Shown here one piece after another: positions 30,403-40,677 of a stretch of DNA of 64,000 nt. Source of the DNA: Candidatus Eiseniibacteriota bacterium (GTDB lineage Bacteria > Eisenbacteria > RBG-16-71-46). The notes under the pieces were generated by a model, which saw only the letters and a program-made list of their open reading frames with translations, ran no database searches and was not told the origin of the DNA. How positions within the stretch are numbered: the stretch's first letter is position 1; each line of letters opens with the position of its first letter. The translations under genes and the position numbers were made by a program. Where the stretch lies: contig CAVSAC010000010.1 in NCBI GenBank assembly GCA_963725865.1, forward strand, positions 928,001 to 992,000, given 5' to 3'.

Positions 30403-32442
30403 AGCGACCGCCACTCGAGCTGACGATCGTCACGCTGTGGGTCCTCGGGGGCATCCTGCTCCCGGGCATCCCGGGCGCCTGGGGCGTGTTCCCACTGCTC
30501 GGCGTGATCCCCGGGCTGGTGGCGGCCCGCGCGCTGCCGCTCGCCGACGGGCCGCTCGCGCGCTGGGCGCTCGGACTCGCGGCCGCACCGCTGGTGACGA
30601 CCGTGGCGGCGTGGCTGCTGATGGCCGCGGGCCTGTCGCTGCCGCACGCGGGCCTGGCGGTCGCCGTTCTGGCGTGGCTGGCGTGGGCGCTGCAGGAAGC
30701 GCGCGCCACCGCCACGCCGAGTACGGAGAAGGGCGAGCGGTTCGTGTGGAAGTGGGCGCTCGGCGGCGCGCTGGCGATCGCGGTGGTGCTGTTCGCGAAC
30801 CCGATCCTGCGCGTCCGCGGGGACGCGTGGGTGCACGGCGGCATCGTGTGGGAGATCGTCGAGCGCGGACTGCCACCCCAGGACCCGCGCTTCGCGGGCC
30901 TCACGCTCAACTACGTCTGGTTCTACAACTACTTCATCGCGCTGCTCGCGTCGCTGCGCGGCGGCGATCCGTTCGTCATGATGGCACTGTCGAACGTCGC
31001 GAGCCTGTTCGCCACGTTGGCGCTCGGCGCCCTGTTGGCGCGCGCGTTGTGGGGCGATCGGCGCGCGATGATCGGCGGGACGATCCTGCTCGGGCTGGGG
31101 TACAACGCCGGCGTATGGCTGCTGTGGCCGACGCGGCTGCTGCGCGCGCTGGTCGGTCGCGACCACGGACCCGCGGAGCTGGCACGCGACTGGGCCGCGA
31201 TCCACTTCAACGACGCGCTGGTGATCTTCACGCTGAACGCACCCTTCTCGTACATGGCGAGCTTCCTCGACAAGTTCCTGCACGGGACCGCCATCAACGT
31301 CGCGTACCTGATGATGATCGTGTACCTGTGGGCGATGGTCCGCGCGCTCGACGGCGAGCGCAGCCGCGCCTGGGCCTGGGGCGCGGCGGGCGCGGCGGGG
31401 ATGCTGCTGTTCCACGGCGTCGTCGGACTCTCGGTGCTCCCGGTGGCGCTGGCGGCACTGGCGCTGGCGTGGTTGCTCGCGGGACGCTGGCGCTGGCTGC
31501 CGGCGCGCGCCCGGCTCGCAGGCTTCGGCCTCGCCACGCTGGCGGGCGCACTGCTGGCGGCGCCGTACACGCGCGCGATCTCGCGCGGCTGGGCGGCGTC
31601 CAAGTCGGGCCTGCAGCACTCCTACCTGCAGCTCGATCCGATGATGTGGTGGACGATCGTGACCGCGCTCGCGGTGGCGGTGTGGTTCGCCCGCTGCCCG
31701 CTGCGTCGCGTCCTCGACGAGCGCCGGGGCGCGCCGGCCGTGCTCGCGCTGTTCGCCGCCGGCATGATCGCGTTCTCCTGCGTGGTGTCGCTGCCGCTCG
31801 GCAACCACGTGAAGTTCATCGTCCAGGCGTTCGTGCCGCTGGCGGTCCTCGGCGGCGCGGCGTTCCACGACGAGCTCGCGGCCTGGCGCCGCCGCCTCGG
31901 CACCACCGGCGCGGTCGCGGTCTTCGCGCTGGTGCTGTGCGGTCCCGCGGTGCTCACGCTGCGCGGGTACCTGATCGATCCCTCCGGCGCCGCCGCGCCC
32001 GAGCTGCATCCGGCGCCCGGCGAGGAGGCGCTGTACGCCTGGATGCGCACCGCCGTGCCCCGGCGCGCGGTGGTGATCGATCACCACTTCCGCTCGCTGA
32101 TCATGGTGACGGCGCACCGCCAACTGTTGCTCGGCGACACCTCTGGACCGGAGCGCGCGGCCTACCCGCTGGACCAGGTGATCGAGCGCCGGGCCGTGAT
32201 GGCGGACCTCTACGGCGGTGCCGATTCGCTGGACCGCGACCTGGCCGTGCTGGGGCGGCTCGACCGGCCGGCGTACGTGGTGGTGCGGTCCGCGGACTTC
32301 GCCGCGCCCGACCCGCGCGCCCCGCCTCGGCGAGCGGCCCGATCGCTTCGAGCGCGTGTACGACCGCGATGGGTTCGTCGTCTATCATGTCCTCAGCTCC
32401 GCGCCCCCACGGGTCGCGCCGACCGGAGACCCACGACCATGA
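30399..32442 (+). CDS. Large polytopic membrane protein, probable GT-C glycosyltransferase (frameshift near 32320)
   Basis: Many TM segments, loop [21 protein letters not shown], soluble C-terminal domain. Confidence 0.65.
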
Positions 32443-33173
32443 GCTCATCCCTCGCTCCCGCCTCGAAGCGCCTGCTGGTCGTGATGCCGGCGCACAACGA
32501 GCAGGAGAGCGTCGGCACCACCCTCGATCGCGTGCGGGCCGCGCTCCCCGAGGCCGACCTGCTGGTGGTGAACGACTACTCGTCCGACCAGACCACGGAG
32601 GTCGCGCTCGCGCACGGCGCGCGGGTCGTCGAGCTGCCGTGGAACCTCGGCTACGGCGGCGCCGTGCAGACCGGCTTCAAGTACGCGGTGGCGCACGGCT
32701 ACGACGTCGTGCTCCAGATGGACGCCGACGGCCAGCACGACCCCGGCTCGGCCCGCGGGCTGCTGGCGCCGGTGCTCGCCGGCGAGGCCGACGTGGCGAT
32801 CGGCTCGCGCTTCCTCGGCCGCGCGAACTATCCGATCCCCGGCCCGCGGCGCCTCGGCATGAAGGTCTTCAGCGGCATCGTCACGTTCGTCACGCGCCAG
32901 CGGTTCTCCGACCCGACCTCGGGGTTCCAGGCGCTCGATCGGCGCGTGGTGGAGTTCTTCGCTTTCGACCACTACCCCTCGGACTTCCCCGACGCCGACA
33001 CCATCATCCTGCTTGCGCTCGCCGGATTCCGGGTACGCGAGGTGCCGGTGACGATGGAAGCGCGCGTCGCGGGCACCTCGATGCACTCGAACCTCACGGC
33101 GTTCTACTACGTCGCCAAGATGACGCTCTCCATCCTGATGGTGCTGCTGCGTCGGAAGCGACTGCGAGCGTGA
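32439..33173 (+). CDS. Glycosyltransferase family 2 (polyprenol-phosphate sugar synthase-like)
   Basis: MPAHNEQ, NLGYGGAVQTGF, MDADGQH, GSRF, DPTSGF. Confidence 0.9.
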   Translation: MSSSLAPASKRLLVVMPAHNEQESVGTTLDRVRAALPEADLLVVNDYSSDQTTEVALAHGARVVELPWNLGYGGAVQTGFKYAVAHGYDVVLQMDADGQHDPGSARGLLAPVLAGEADVAIGSRFLGRANYPIPGPRRLGMKVFSGIVTFVTRQRFSDPTSGFQALDRRVVEFFAFDHYPSDFPDADTIILLALAGFRVREVPVTMEARVAGTSMHSNLTAFYYVAKMTLSILMVLLRRKRLRA

Positions 33174-34048
33174 GCCCCGTGCACCCCGGCGCGCTCACGT
33201 TCGACGTCGAGGACTGGTACCACCCGGAGCTGGTGCGCGCGCACGTGGCGGCCGGCGACCCGCGCTCGGTCGTGGTCGCGGGGGTCGAAGCGATCCTCGC
33301 GCTGCTGGCACGCCACACGGTCCGCGCCACGTTCTTCGTGCTCGGCGACGTCGCGGTGCGGCATCCCGGCCTGATACGCGCGATCGCCGCGGCCGGCCAC
33401 GAGCTCGCCTGCCACGGCATGACGCACCGGCCGCTGTGGGCGCTGGACCGCGAGTCGTTCCGCAGCGAGCTGCGCGACTTCCGCGCTGCGATGCGCGCGG
33501 CGCTCGGCCACGACGGGGCCATCGGATTCCGCGCGCCGACGTTCAGCCTCGATCGCTCCACCGCGTGGGCGCTCGGGGTGCTGCGCGAGGAGGGCTTCCG
33601 CTACGACTCCAGCGTGTTCCCGCTGCGGGTGAAGCTGTACGGGGTCGCCGGCGCTCCACTTGGCATCTACCGACCCGCCGCGGACGATCTCGCGCGGCAC
33701 GATCCGGCCGGCACGCTGGTCGAGTTCCCGGTCGCGCTCGGCGCATGGGGCCCGCTGCGGGTGCCCGTCGCGGGCGGCTTCTACCTGCGCGCCCTACCCT
33801 ACCCGGTGCTGCGCGCGACCCTCGACCGGGTGGCCCGCGAGCGACCGTTCAATCTCTACCTGCACCCGTGGGAGTGCGCTTCCGACGTCCCGCGCGTCGC
33901 GCTCGGACCCGGCGACGCGCTCATCACTTACGTGGGCCTCGATTCGGTGATGCGCAAGCTCGACCGGATCCTCGGCCGCTATCGCTTCGACACCATGCGC
34001 GGGATCCTCGAGACCGAGGGTCATCTCGCGCCCGCCCGGGAGGAATGA
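33170..34048 (+). CDS. Polysaccharide deacetylase (CE4, DUF3473/XrtA-associated type)
   Basis: TFDVEDWY, ATFFVLG, HELACHG, GFRAPTFS, YDSS, GGFYLR, YLHPWE. Confidence 0.9.
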   Translation: MSPVHPGALTFDVEDWYHPELVRAHVAAGDPRSVVVAGVEAILALLARHTVRATFFVLGDVAVRHPGLIRAIAAAGHELACHGMTHRPLWALDRESFRSELRDFRAAMRAALGHDGAIGFRAPTFSLDRSTAWALGVLREEGFRYDSSVFPLRVKLYGVAGAPLGIYRPAADDLARHDPAGTLVEFPVALGAWGPLRVPVAGGFYLRALPYPVLRATLDRVARERPFNLYLHPWECASDVPRVALGPGDALITYVGLDSVMRKLDRILGRYRFDTMRGILETEGHLAPAREE

Positions 34049-34049
34049 C

Positions 34050-34439
34050 ATGGTGCCCGTCCAGTTCTACACCGGCATCCAGCCGCGCACCCAGGTGATC
34101 GTGTTCCTGCTCGGAGCGGCGCTGTTGCTGTTCGTGCTCGACACCGTGCGACGGAAGCGGCTGCGCGAGCAGTACTCGCTGCTGTGGATCCTCGCCGCGT
34201 CTCTGATGGCGCTGGCCGCGGTGTTCATCAAGAGCATCGAGCGGCTCTCGCACCTGGTCGGCATCTACTATCCGCCGGCGTTCCTGTTCCTGCTGGCGAT
34301 CCTGCTGGTGCTGGTGCTGCAGTTCCATTTCTCGACCGTGATCTCGAACCTGCGGGAGCAGAACAAGAGCCTCACGCAGGACCTCGGCCTGCTCGCCGCG
34401 GAGCTGCGCGAGCTGCGCCAGTCGCGAGAGCGCTCGTGA
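34050..34439 (+). CDS. DUF2304 family membrane protein
   Basis: RRKRLREQYSLLW, GIYYPPAFLF, C-terminal coiled coil LTQDLGLL. Confidence 0.85.
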   Translation: MVPVQFYTGIQPRTQVIVFLLGAALLLFVLDTVRRKRLREQYSLLWILAASLMALAAVFIKSIERLSHLVGIYYPPAFLFLLAILLVLVLQFHFSTVISNLREQNKSLTQDLGLLAAELRELRQSRERS

Positions 34440-34458
34440 GCGCCCGGTCGGGCGGCCG

Positions 34459-34875
34459 GTGAGCGTCGTCCCCCCGGAGACCCCGGCGATCGCCCGCCTC
34501 GTCGGGCGCCACCTGATCGGCGAGGACCCGACCGCCGAGGAGGCGGCGCGCTGGCTCCATGCGGTCGAGCTTGCCGCCGCCCCGCTCGAGCACGAACGCG
34601 ACCGGCGGTTGTGGGCGCTCGCCACCCGCTCGGGCCCGGCGCTCGGCCTGGTCGATGCGGGGCTCGCGCTCGCCGATCCCCACTCGCCGGTTCGACAGCG
34701 TGTGTGCCTGATGCTCGCCGTGCTCGAGGCCTCGCCGGAGCACGTCGGGCGCTTCGAAGCGCGCCCGATCGGGCCCGGCGGCTGGCTGGCGCTAAGCCTG
34801 CGCGGAGCTCTCGCGGTGCTGCGGTCGGCCGGCGGTCTGGCGCTGGTGCGCTCGTGGGGGCTGCTGTGGCGGTGA
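34459..34875 (+). CDS. Hypothetical protein
   Basis: 138-aa ORF filling the gap; its stop overlaps the next start. Confidence 0.6.
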   Translation: MSVVPPETPAIARLVGRHLIGEDPTAEEAARWLHAVELAAAPLEHERDRRLWALATRSGPALGLVDAGLALADPHSPVRQRVCLMLAVLEASPEHVGRFEARPIGPGGWLALSLRGALAVLRSAGGLALVRSWGLLWR

Positions 34876-36479
34876 TCCACGACCACGTGGTGGTGGGCTC
34901 CGGCATCACGGGCGCCGAGGCAGCGCACGCGCTGGTGGCCGGCGGCGCGCGGGTGCTGATGCTCGACGGCGGCGTGCGCGATGCCACGTACGCGCCGATC
35001 ATCCCCGAGCAGGACCACCTCACCCTGCGCGCCGCGGATGCCGCCCAGCATCGCTACCTGCTCGGCGATCGCTTCGAGGGCGTGCCGTGGGGTGACGCCG
35101 CGCACACGCTGACTCCTCCGCGCCAGCACCTGATCCGCGACACCGACCGCTGGCTGCCGTTCGAGGGCGACTTCTCGCGCATGGAGAGCCTCGCCTACGG
35201 CGGGCTCGGCGCCGGCTGGGGCGCCGGCTGCGCGGTGTACACGCCCGCCGAGCTCACGGCCGCCGGGCTCGATCCGGCGGTGATCGCTCCCGCATACGAG
35301 GCCGTGGGGCGGCGCGTCGGCCTCGCCGCCGAGCCCGACGACGCGACCCCCTACTGTGCGCGCGGGCTCGCGACCCTGCAGCCGCCGCTGCGCATGGACG
35401 CGAGCATCACCGCGCTGCACGCGGCCTACCTGCGCCGGCGCGACGCGCTTCGCGCGCGCGGCGTGGTGATGGGCAAGATGCCGATGGCGGTGCTCACCAG
35501 CCCGCTCGCGGGGCGCGGCGCGAATCCCTACACCGACATGGAATTCTGGGCCGACCACGCGCAGTCGGTCTACCGGCCGTGGATGACGGTGGACGCGCTG
35601 CAGCGGGCACCGTCGTTCGAGTACCGGCCCGGCCGGCTGGTGACCCGCTTCGAGGAGGCCGCCGACCACGTGGCGGTGCACGCGCGGCACCTCGACACCG
35701 GCGCGGACGAGGTGGTGCTCGCGCGCCGCCTGGTGCTCGGCACCGGCGCGCTCGGCAGCGCGCGCCTCGTCATGCGCTCGCAGCCGGCGCTGGAGTGGCG
35801 CCCGCTGCTCACCAACGCGTACTGCATCGCGCCGTGCCTGCACCTGCGCCGCCTGGGCCGGCCGCTCGAGCGCGCGCGGACCAGCCTCGGCCAGCTCGAG
35901 ATGTTCCTCGATCCCCGCGGCGACGGCTCCGACGTGCGCATGGTGTCGCTTTACACCTACCGCTCGCTGCTGCTGTTCAAGCTCGTCAAGGAGCTGCCGC
36001 TGGCATTCGCGGACGGCCTGCCGCTGATGCGCGCGCTGGCGCCGGCGATCGTGCTCGCCACCATCAACCACCCCGACCACGCCGCACCCGGCAAGGGCGT
36101 GCGTCGCGTCCGCGACGCCGCCTCGCCGACCGGCGACGCGCTGCGCGCGGAGTACGCGCGCACCGCCGCGGAGCTGCGCGACGACGAGGCCTGCGAGCGT
36201 CGCATCGTGCGGGCGATGGCGAGCCTCGGCGCGCCGGCGCTCAAGCGCCAGACCCTGCACGCCGGCGCCACCGTGCACTACGCGGGCACGCTGCCGTTCG
36301 GCGACGGCGAGACGCCGGGCACGCTCGCCGCCGACGGCCGCCTCGCCGGCACCCGGCGGGTGTACGTCGCCGACGGCTCGGGCCTGCGCTTCCTGCCCGG
36401 GAACGGCCTCACGTTCACGCTGATGGCGTGGGCCCACGTGGTGGGACGCGAGCTCGCCTGCCGGAGCGCCGACGCGTGA
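34872..36479 (+). CDS. GMC-family FAD oxidoreductase
   Basis: VVGSGITG, SLAYGGLGAGWG, LGTGALGSAR, HYAGT, VYVADGS..PG..TFTLMA. Confidence 0.85.
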   Translation: MIHDHVVVGSGITGAEAAHALVAGGARVLMLDGGVRDATYAPIIPEQDHLTLRAADAAQHRYLLGDRFEGVPWGDAAHTLTPPRQHLIRDTDRWLPFEGDFSRMESLAYGGLGAGWGAGCAVYTPAELTAAGLDPAVIAPAYEAVGRRVGLAAEPDDATPYCARGLATLQPPLRMDASITALHAAYLRRRDALRARGVVMGKMPMAVLTSPLAGRGANPYTDMEFWADHAQSVYRPWMTVDALQRAPSFEYRPGRLVTRFEEAADHVAVHARHLDTGADEVVLARRLVLGTGALGSARLVMRSQPALEWRPLLTNAYCIAPCLHLRRLGRPLERARTSLGQLEMFLDPRGDGSDVRMVSLYTYRSLLLFKLVKELPLAFADGLPLMRALAPAIVLATINHPDHAAPGKGVRRVRDAASPTGDALRAEYARTAAELRDDEACERRIVRAMASLGAPALKRQTLHAGATVHYAGTLPFGDGETPGTLAADGRLAGTRRVYVADGSGLRFLPGNGLTFTLMAWAHVVGRELACRSADA

Positions 36480-37351
36480 GCGCGCTCCGCATCGGCATCA
36501 CCGGCGCCACCGGCTTCATCGGCCGTCATCTGGTCGCGCACTTCGCCGCGCGCGGCGACGCGGTCGTGGCGTTCCAGCGCCGCGTCTCGGTGCCGGCCGC
36601 GCGGGGCGTCGTCGTGCGGCCGTTCACGCTGCCCGAGGGTCCCGACCCCGCGCACCTCGCAGGGCTCGAGTGGCTCGTGCATGGCGCGCTCGTGGAGTAC
36701 GGCCCGCGCACGCCCGACGCCGACGCGATCAACCGCGCCGGCGCGCAGCGGGTGCTGGCGGCGGCCCGCGCGCACGGCACGCGCGTGGTGTTCCTGTCCA
36801 CGCTCTCCGCGCACCCCGCCGCGGAGTCCCACTACGGGCGCAGCAAGCTCGAGCTCGAAGGCCTGTTCGATCCCGCGCGCGACACCGTGCTGCGGCTCGG
36901 CCTGGTGCTCGGGCATGGCGGGTTGTTCGGCAGCATGGTGGAGGTGCTGCACGCCGCGCGGGTCGTCCCGCTGCCCGACGGCGGCCGCCAGCCCATCCAG
37001 ACGCTGTGGATGGGCGACCTCTGCGCCGCGGTCGCGAACGTGGTGGATCGCGGCCTCGCTGGCAGCTACGACGTCGCGGCGCCCGCGGTGCACACCATGC
37101 GCGGGCTCTACGAGTCGGTGCTGCGCGGCCTCGGCGTGCGGCGCACGCTGATCGGCGTGCCGCTGCCGCTGGTGACGCTCGGCGTGTCCGTGCTCGAGGC
37201 GCTGCACGTGCCGTTCTCGATCCACCGCGAGAACGTGCTCGGCCTCAAGCAGCTGCGCGCCTTCGACACCGCCCCCTCGATGGCCGCGCTCGGCATCGCC
37301 CGCCCGGTCGGCCTCGAAGAAGCGGTGCGACGGCTGCTCGAGGCGCGATGA
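36476..37351 (+). CDS. NAD-dependent epimerase/dehydratase (SDR)
   Basis: ITGATGFIG, FLSTLSA, YGRSK. Confidence 0.85.
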   Translation: MSALRIGITGATGFIGRHLVAHFAARGDAVVAFQRRVSVPAARGVVVRPFTLPEGPDPAHLAGLEWLVHGALVEYGPRTPDADAINRAGAQRVLAAARAHGTRVVFLSTLSAHPAAESHYGRSKLELEGLFDPARDTVLRLGLVLGHGGLFGSMVEVLHAARVVPLPDGGRQPIQTLWMGDLCAAVANVVDRGLAGSYDVAAPAVHTMRGLYESVLRGLGVRRTLIGVPLPLVTLGVSVLEALHVPFSIHRENVLGLKQLRAFDTAPSMAALGIARPVGLEEAVRRLLEAR

Positions 37352-38472
37352 AGCCGCTCGCGGTGCTGTTCGGCACCATCGACCCCGCGATGCCGGGCGG
37401 GATCGGCGCGACCGAGTACGCGTTCCAGCAGGCCTGCGAGCGCAGCGGGCGAGCGCGCGTGACGACCATGCCGTTCGGCCGGCGCCGCCCCGGCGGCTCG
37501 TGGCTCGGGCTCGGCCTCGAGCGCATCGCCGACCTGGTGGGCTACGTCCGCCGCATCCGGCGCGAGCGGCCCGACCTGGTACACCTGAACACCGCTTACG
37601 ACCGCCGCGCGCTGGGGCGCGACCTGGGCTACGCCCTGCTCTCGCGCTGGCTGGGCCAGCCGCTGTTCCTCAAGTACCACGGCTCCGACGCCAACCTGCT
37701 GGCGAGCCGCCATCCGCTCTGGCGCTGGATGACCGCCACCGTGCTGGGGGGCGCAACGCGGGTGGGCGTGCTGTCGTCGGAGGAGAAGCGCAACTTCGTC
37801 GCCGCCGGCTGGCCCGCGGACAAGTTCGTGGTGGTGAAGAACGCGGTCGACCGCGCGCGCTTCGCCGCGGCGAGCTGGCCGCGCGGCGCGGTCCCCGAGC
37901 TGCTGTTCATCGCGCGCCTCGTGCCCGCCAAGGGCCTGTCCGAGACGCTGCGCGCGGTGCGCATCCTGGTGGGCCAGGGCCGCCGCCTCACGCTCACCGC
38001 GGTCGGCGACGGCCCCGCGCGCGCCGAGGCCGAGGCGCTCGCAGGCACGCTTGGGCTCGGCGAGGTGGTGCGCTTCACCGGCCGCGTGAGCGAGGCCGAG
38101 ACCGCCGCGTTCTACCTGCGCGCGAGCGTGCTGGCGTTCCCGACCGCGCACGGCGAGGGCTTCTCGATGACCATCTTCCAGGCGCTGGCGGCGGGCCTGC
38201 CGATCGTCACCACCCGCATCCGCGCCGCCGCCGACTGGCTCACCGAGCCCCGCCACTGCCTGTGGGTGCGCGCGCACGACCCGGAGCAACTCGCCGAGCG
38301 CATCGGCTGGCTCCTGGACCACCCCGAGGCGGCGGCAGCGATGTCGGCGGCCGAGCGCGAGCACGCGCACGCGTTCGACGTGGAGCGGGTGGCCGCGGAG
38401 TACCTGGACGTGTACGATGACGCGGTCCGGAGCGCGAGAGGGTGCGCGCCCACCCCCGAGGACCCCCGATGA
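37348..38472 (+). CDS. Glycosyltransferase family 4
   Basis: PDLVHLNT, KNAVD, FIARLVPAKG, EGFSMTIFQALAAGLP. Confidence 0.88.
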   Translation: MKPLAVLFGTIDPAMPGGIGATEYAFQQACERSGRARVTTMPFGRRRPGGSWLGLGLERIADLVGYVRRIRRERPDLVHLNTAYDRRALGRDLGYALLSRWLGQPLFLKYHGSDANLLASRHPLWRWMTATVLGGATRVGVLSSEEKRNFVAAGWPADKFVVVKNAVDRARFAAASWPRGAVPELLFIARLVPAKGLSETLRAVRILVGQGRRLTLTAVGDGPARAEAEALAGTLGLGEVVRFTGRVSEAETAAFYLRASVLAFPTAHGEGFSMTIFQALAAGLPIVTTRIRAAADWLTEPRHCLWVRAHDPEQLAERIGWLLDHPEAAAAMSAAEREHAHAFDVERVAAEYLDVYDDAVRSARGCAPTPEDPR

Positions 38473-38513
38473 GCCCGTTCCCGGTCGCCATCCACCGGCA
38501 CGCGTCCGCGTCC
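38439..38513. repeat. 75-bp identical direct repeat, copy 1 (GT4 stop / DUF362 start junction)
   Basis: Identical to 40603-40677; degenerate similarity extends upstream to about 38260. Confidence 0.92.
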
Positions 38514-38594
38514 GATCCGGCGTAGGCGCCGGGCCATCCGGCTCGGCTTGAACGGCACCATCGAGCGGATGGCAGGGGCCGCAGGTATCCGCCC

Positions 38595-39986
38595 CTAGAT
38601 CATGCCCCTCGCCGCGATCGGATCCATCGCGAACACGATGTCGATCAGCAGCAACACCACGAGGATCCCGACCAGCGCCCGTCGCTGCAGGACCTGCGGG
38701 CCGATCAGGGCGAAGAAGGGCAGGAACATCAGGCTGCGGTAGCCCAGCCCGTTCCCGAAGATGAGGCTGTAGGGGAACATCATGAGCAGGAAGCAGAACC
38801 CATAGCGAGTCATCGGCGTCGGCAGTCGCCCCCACAGCACAGGCAGCGCCAGCACCACGAAGAGCATGGGCAGGCTGTACGAGACCAACGCCTTGACGCG
38901 AGCCACAGCGCCCTGTTCGTCTCGAACTCCTGCTGCCCCCCCTGCCTTCGCCTGGGGAGCAGTCAGGTTGTACTTCGCCAGGTTCTCACCCCGTGGATCG
39001 TACTGACGTGCGACGATCGGCGTCAGGATCTCCCGGGCGTGCGAGATCGGATTGGCGAACGGTGTGAGCGTCACCAGCGACGCGAGACAGAAGATCGCGA
39101 ATCCGCGAAACCGCTGTCGCGCAAATGCGAACGCGGCAGACTCACCTTCCAGTCGCCGCAGACGCAGGGCCTCGAGCGCCACGAACAGCACGGCGGCGGG
39201 GAGTACAAACACGGCCGTGTTCTTGCTCGCGAGTGCCAGTCCGAAGGCCAGCCCGCCGAGCAGGTGTCGCTCGCGCACGAATAGGTACGACGCCAGCAGC
39301 ACGAAGGGCGCGAGGACGGCATCGTAGTGCATGTTCGGGAACCAGATCAGCCCCGCTGGCAGCGCCGCGAAGATCGCGGCGCCGAGTACCGCGGTGCTTC
39401 GCGGAACCTCCTTCAGCAGGATGTGGAACACGAGCACGACGCACAGGAATCCGGCGAGCAGTCCTTGCAGGCGCGGGAGCAGGAAGATGGGGTGGTAGAG
39501 CCGTGTGAACTGATACTCGAGCAGGTCCGGGCCATGTGCGGTCGCGAGTCGCACGAGCGCGAGGCCCGGGATGCGTGCGAACCCGCTCAGGAGGGGCGCA
39601 CCTGCGCCCTGGCGATAGAACCTCTCCGGCTCCGGCACGATGAGTCGCTTGCGGTAGACGTCCAGTTGGAGGCTATCGGCCGTCGCCGGCTTGATGTAGC
39701 CGAACCGACGCTCCTCCTCGGCGAACAGATGTCTGTCCCGATCCGTGATGATCGGGGAGAGCAGGGGGCGGTACTGCCAGTAGAAGCGGTAGGCGCGCCC
39801 GGCGCAGTCGAGCGCGCGGCCGAACTCGCGGGCTCTCAAGTAGCCCAGGGTGTAGTCGCCACCGAGCATCTCGTAGGGCTCCTTGATGACCCTGAACTCG
39901 TCCTGGTCCAGACGCGCGAGCCCGAAGATCCCGGCTGCGATCACGAAGAAGACGAGGACGAATGCGAACGCATGGCGCAGCATCAT
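38595..39986 (-). CDS. GT-C/PMT-like membrane glycosyltransferase, inserted antisense to the operon
   Basis: LDQDEF after TM1, ..HYDAV.., GLALASKN, multiple TM helices; more A/T at third positions than neighbours. Confidence 0.7.
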   Translation of the reverse strand: MMLRHAFAFVLVFFVIAAGIFGLARLDQDEFRVIKEPYEMLGGDYTLGYLRAREFGRALDCAGRAYRFYWQYRPLLSPIITDRDRHLFAEEERRFGYIKPATADSLQLDVYRKRLIVPEPERFYRQGAGAPLLSGFARIPGLALVRLATAHGPDLLEYQFTRLYHPIFLLPRLQGLLAGFLCVVLVFHILLKEVPRSTAVLGAAIFAALPAGLIWFPNMHYDAVLAPFVLLASYLFVRERHLLGGLAFGLALASKNTAVFVLPAAVLFVALEALRLRRLEGESAAFAFARQRFRGFAIFCLASLVTLTPFANPISHAREILTPIVARQYDPRGENLAKYNLTAPQAKAGGAAGVRDEQGAVARVKALVSYSLPMLFVVLALPVLWGRLPTPMTRYGFCFLLMMFPYSLIFGNGLGYRSLMFLPFFALIGPQVLQRRALVGILVVLLLIDIVFAMDPIAARGMI

Positions 39987-40602
39987 GCTCGTCTCCGCGA
40001 GTCACATCGCAGCATCGGTCCGCACAGACCTGCGCGCTGAAGGCTCATCGCGGATGCGAGTCCATCGGGCGGCGAATGGTCGCGCGGTGCGCACCGTGGC
40101 ATGCCAGACCTCCAAGATGATCCAGCGCAGCCCAGCCCTGGAATGCACCAGTGATGCCGAGCGCGGACGGGCTCGGGAAGGACCCGGGACGTGTCTCCCA
40201 GACGGTCGCACGGGATGGCACCGGAAGTGTCAAAGTCGCACGGAGACTGGAGGATTCAGCTCGAGCATGTCAACCTGAGAGGGGCGATCCGTGCGTTGCA
40301 CAGGCTCCGCGCCTGCTTGATGCCTCTGCGGTGCTGACCATCTCCGGCAGCGCTCACGCGAGCGGGATCCCCGAGACCAGACGATCGCCTCGCCCGTCGG
40401 GGGCGGAGCGCCAGTCTGCTCGGGCACCCGGGTGGGGTGCACGCGTACCACCGGAGGGATTCGCGCAGCGAGTCTCCGGGCTCCTTGCCCCCCCGAGGCG
40501 GCGGCGATGTCGGCGGGCGCGCGCGAGCACGCGCGCATTCGACGCGGTGCGGGTGGCCGTCGAGTACCCGGACGTGTACGATAAGCTGGTTCTGAGCGCG
40601 CA

Positions 40603-40677
40603 AGGGTGCGCGCCCACCCCCGAGGACCCCCGATGAGCCCGTTCCCGGTCGCCATCCACCGGCACGCGTCCGCGTCC
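40603..40677. repeat. 75-bp identical direct repeat, copy 2
   Basis: Identical to 38439-38513; preceded by a decayed GT4 3' remnant from about 40430. Confidence 0.92.

Noticed and set aside
40150..40265. Resemblance to a c-di-AMP (ydaO) riboswitch on the minus strand (GCTGAATCC...CCCGAGCCCGTC)
   Set aside because: Lacks the GGAACC, GGGG-GAAUC and CAGCUAAC core elements; probably chance, and a cmscan would settle it
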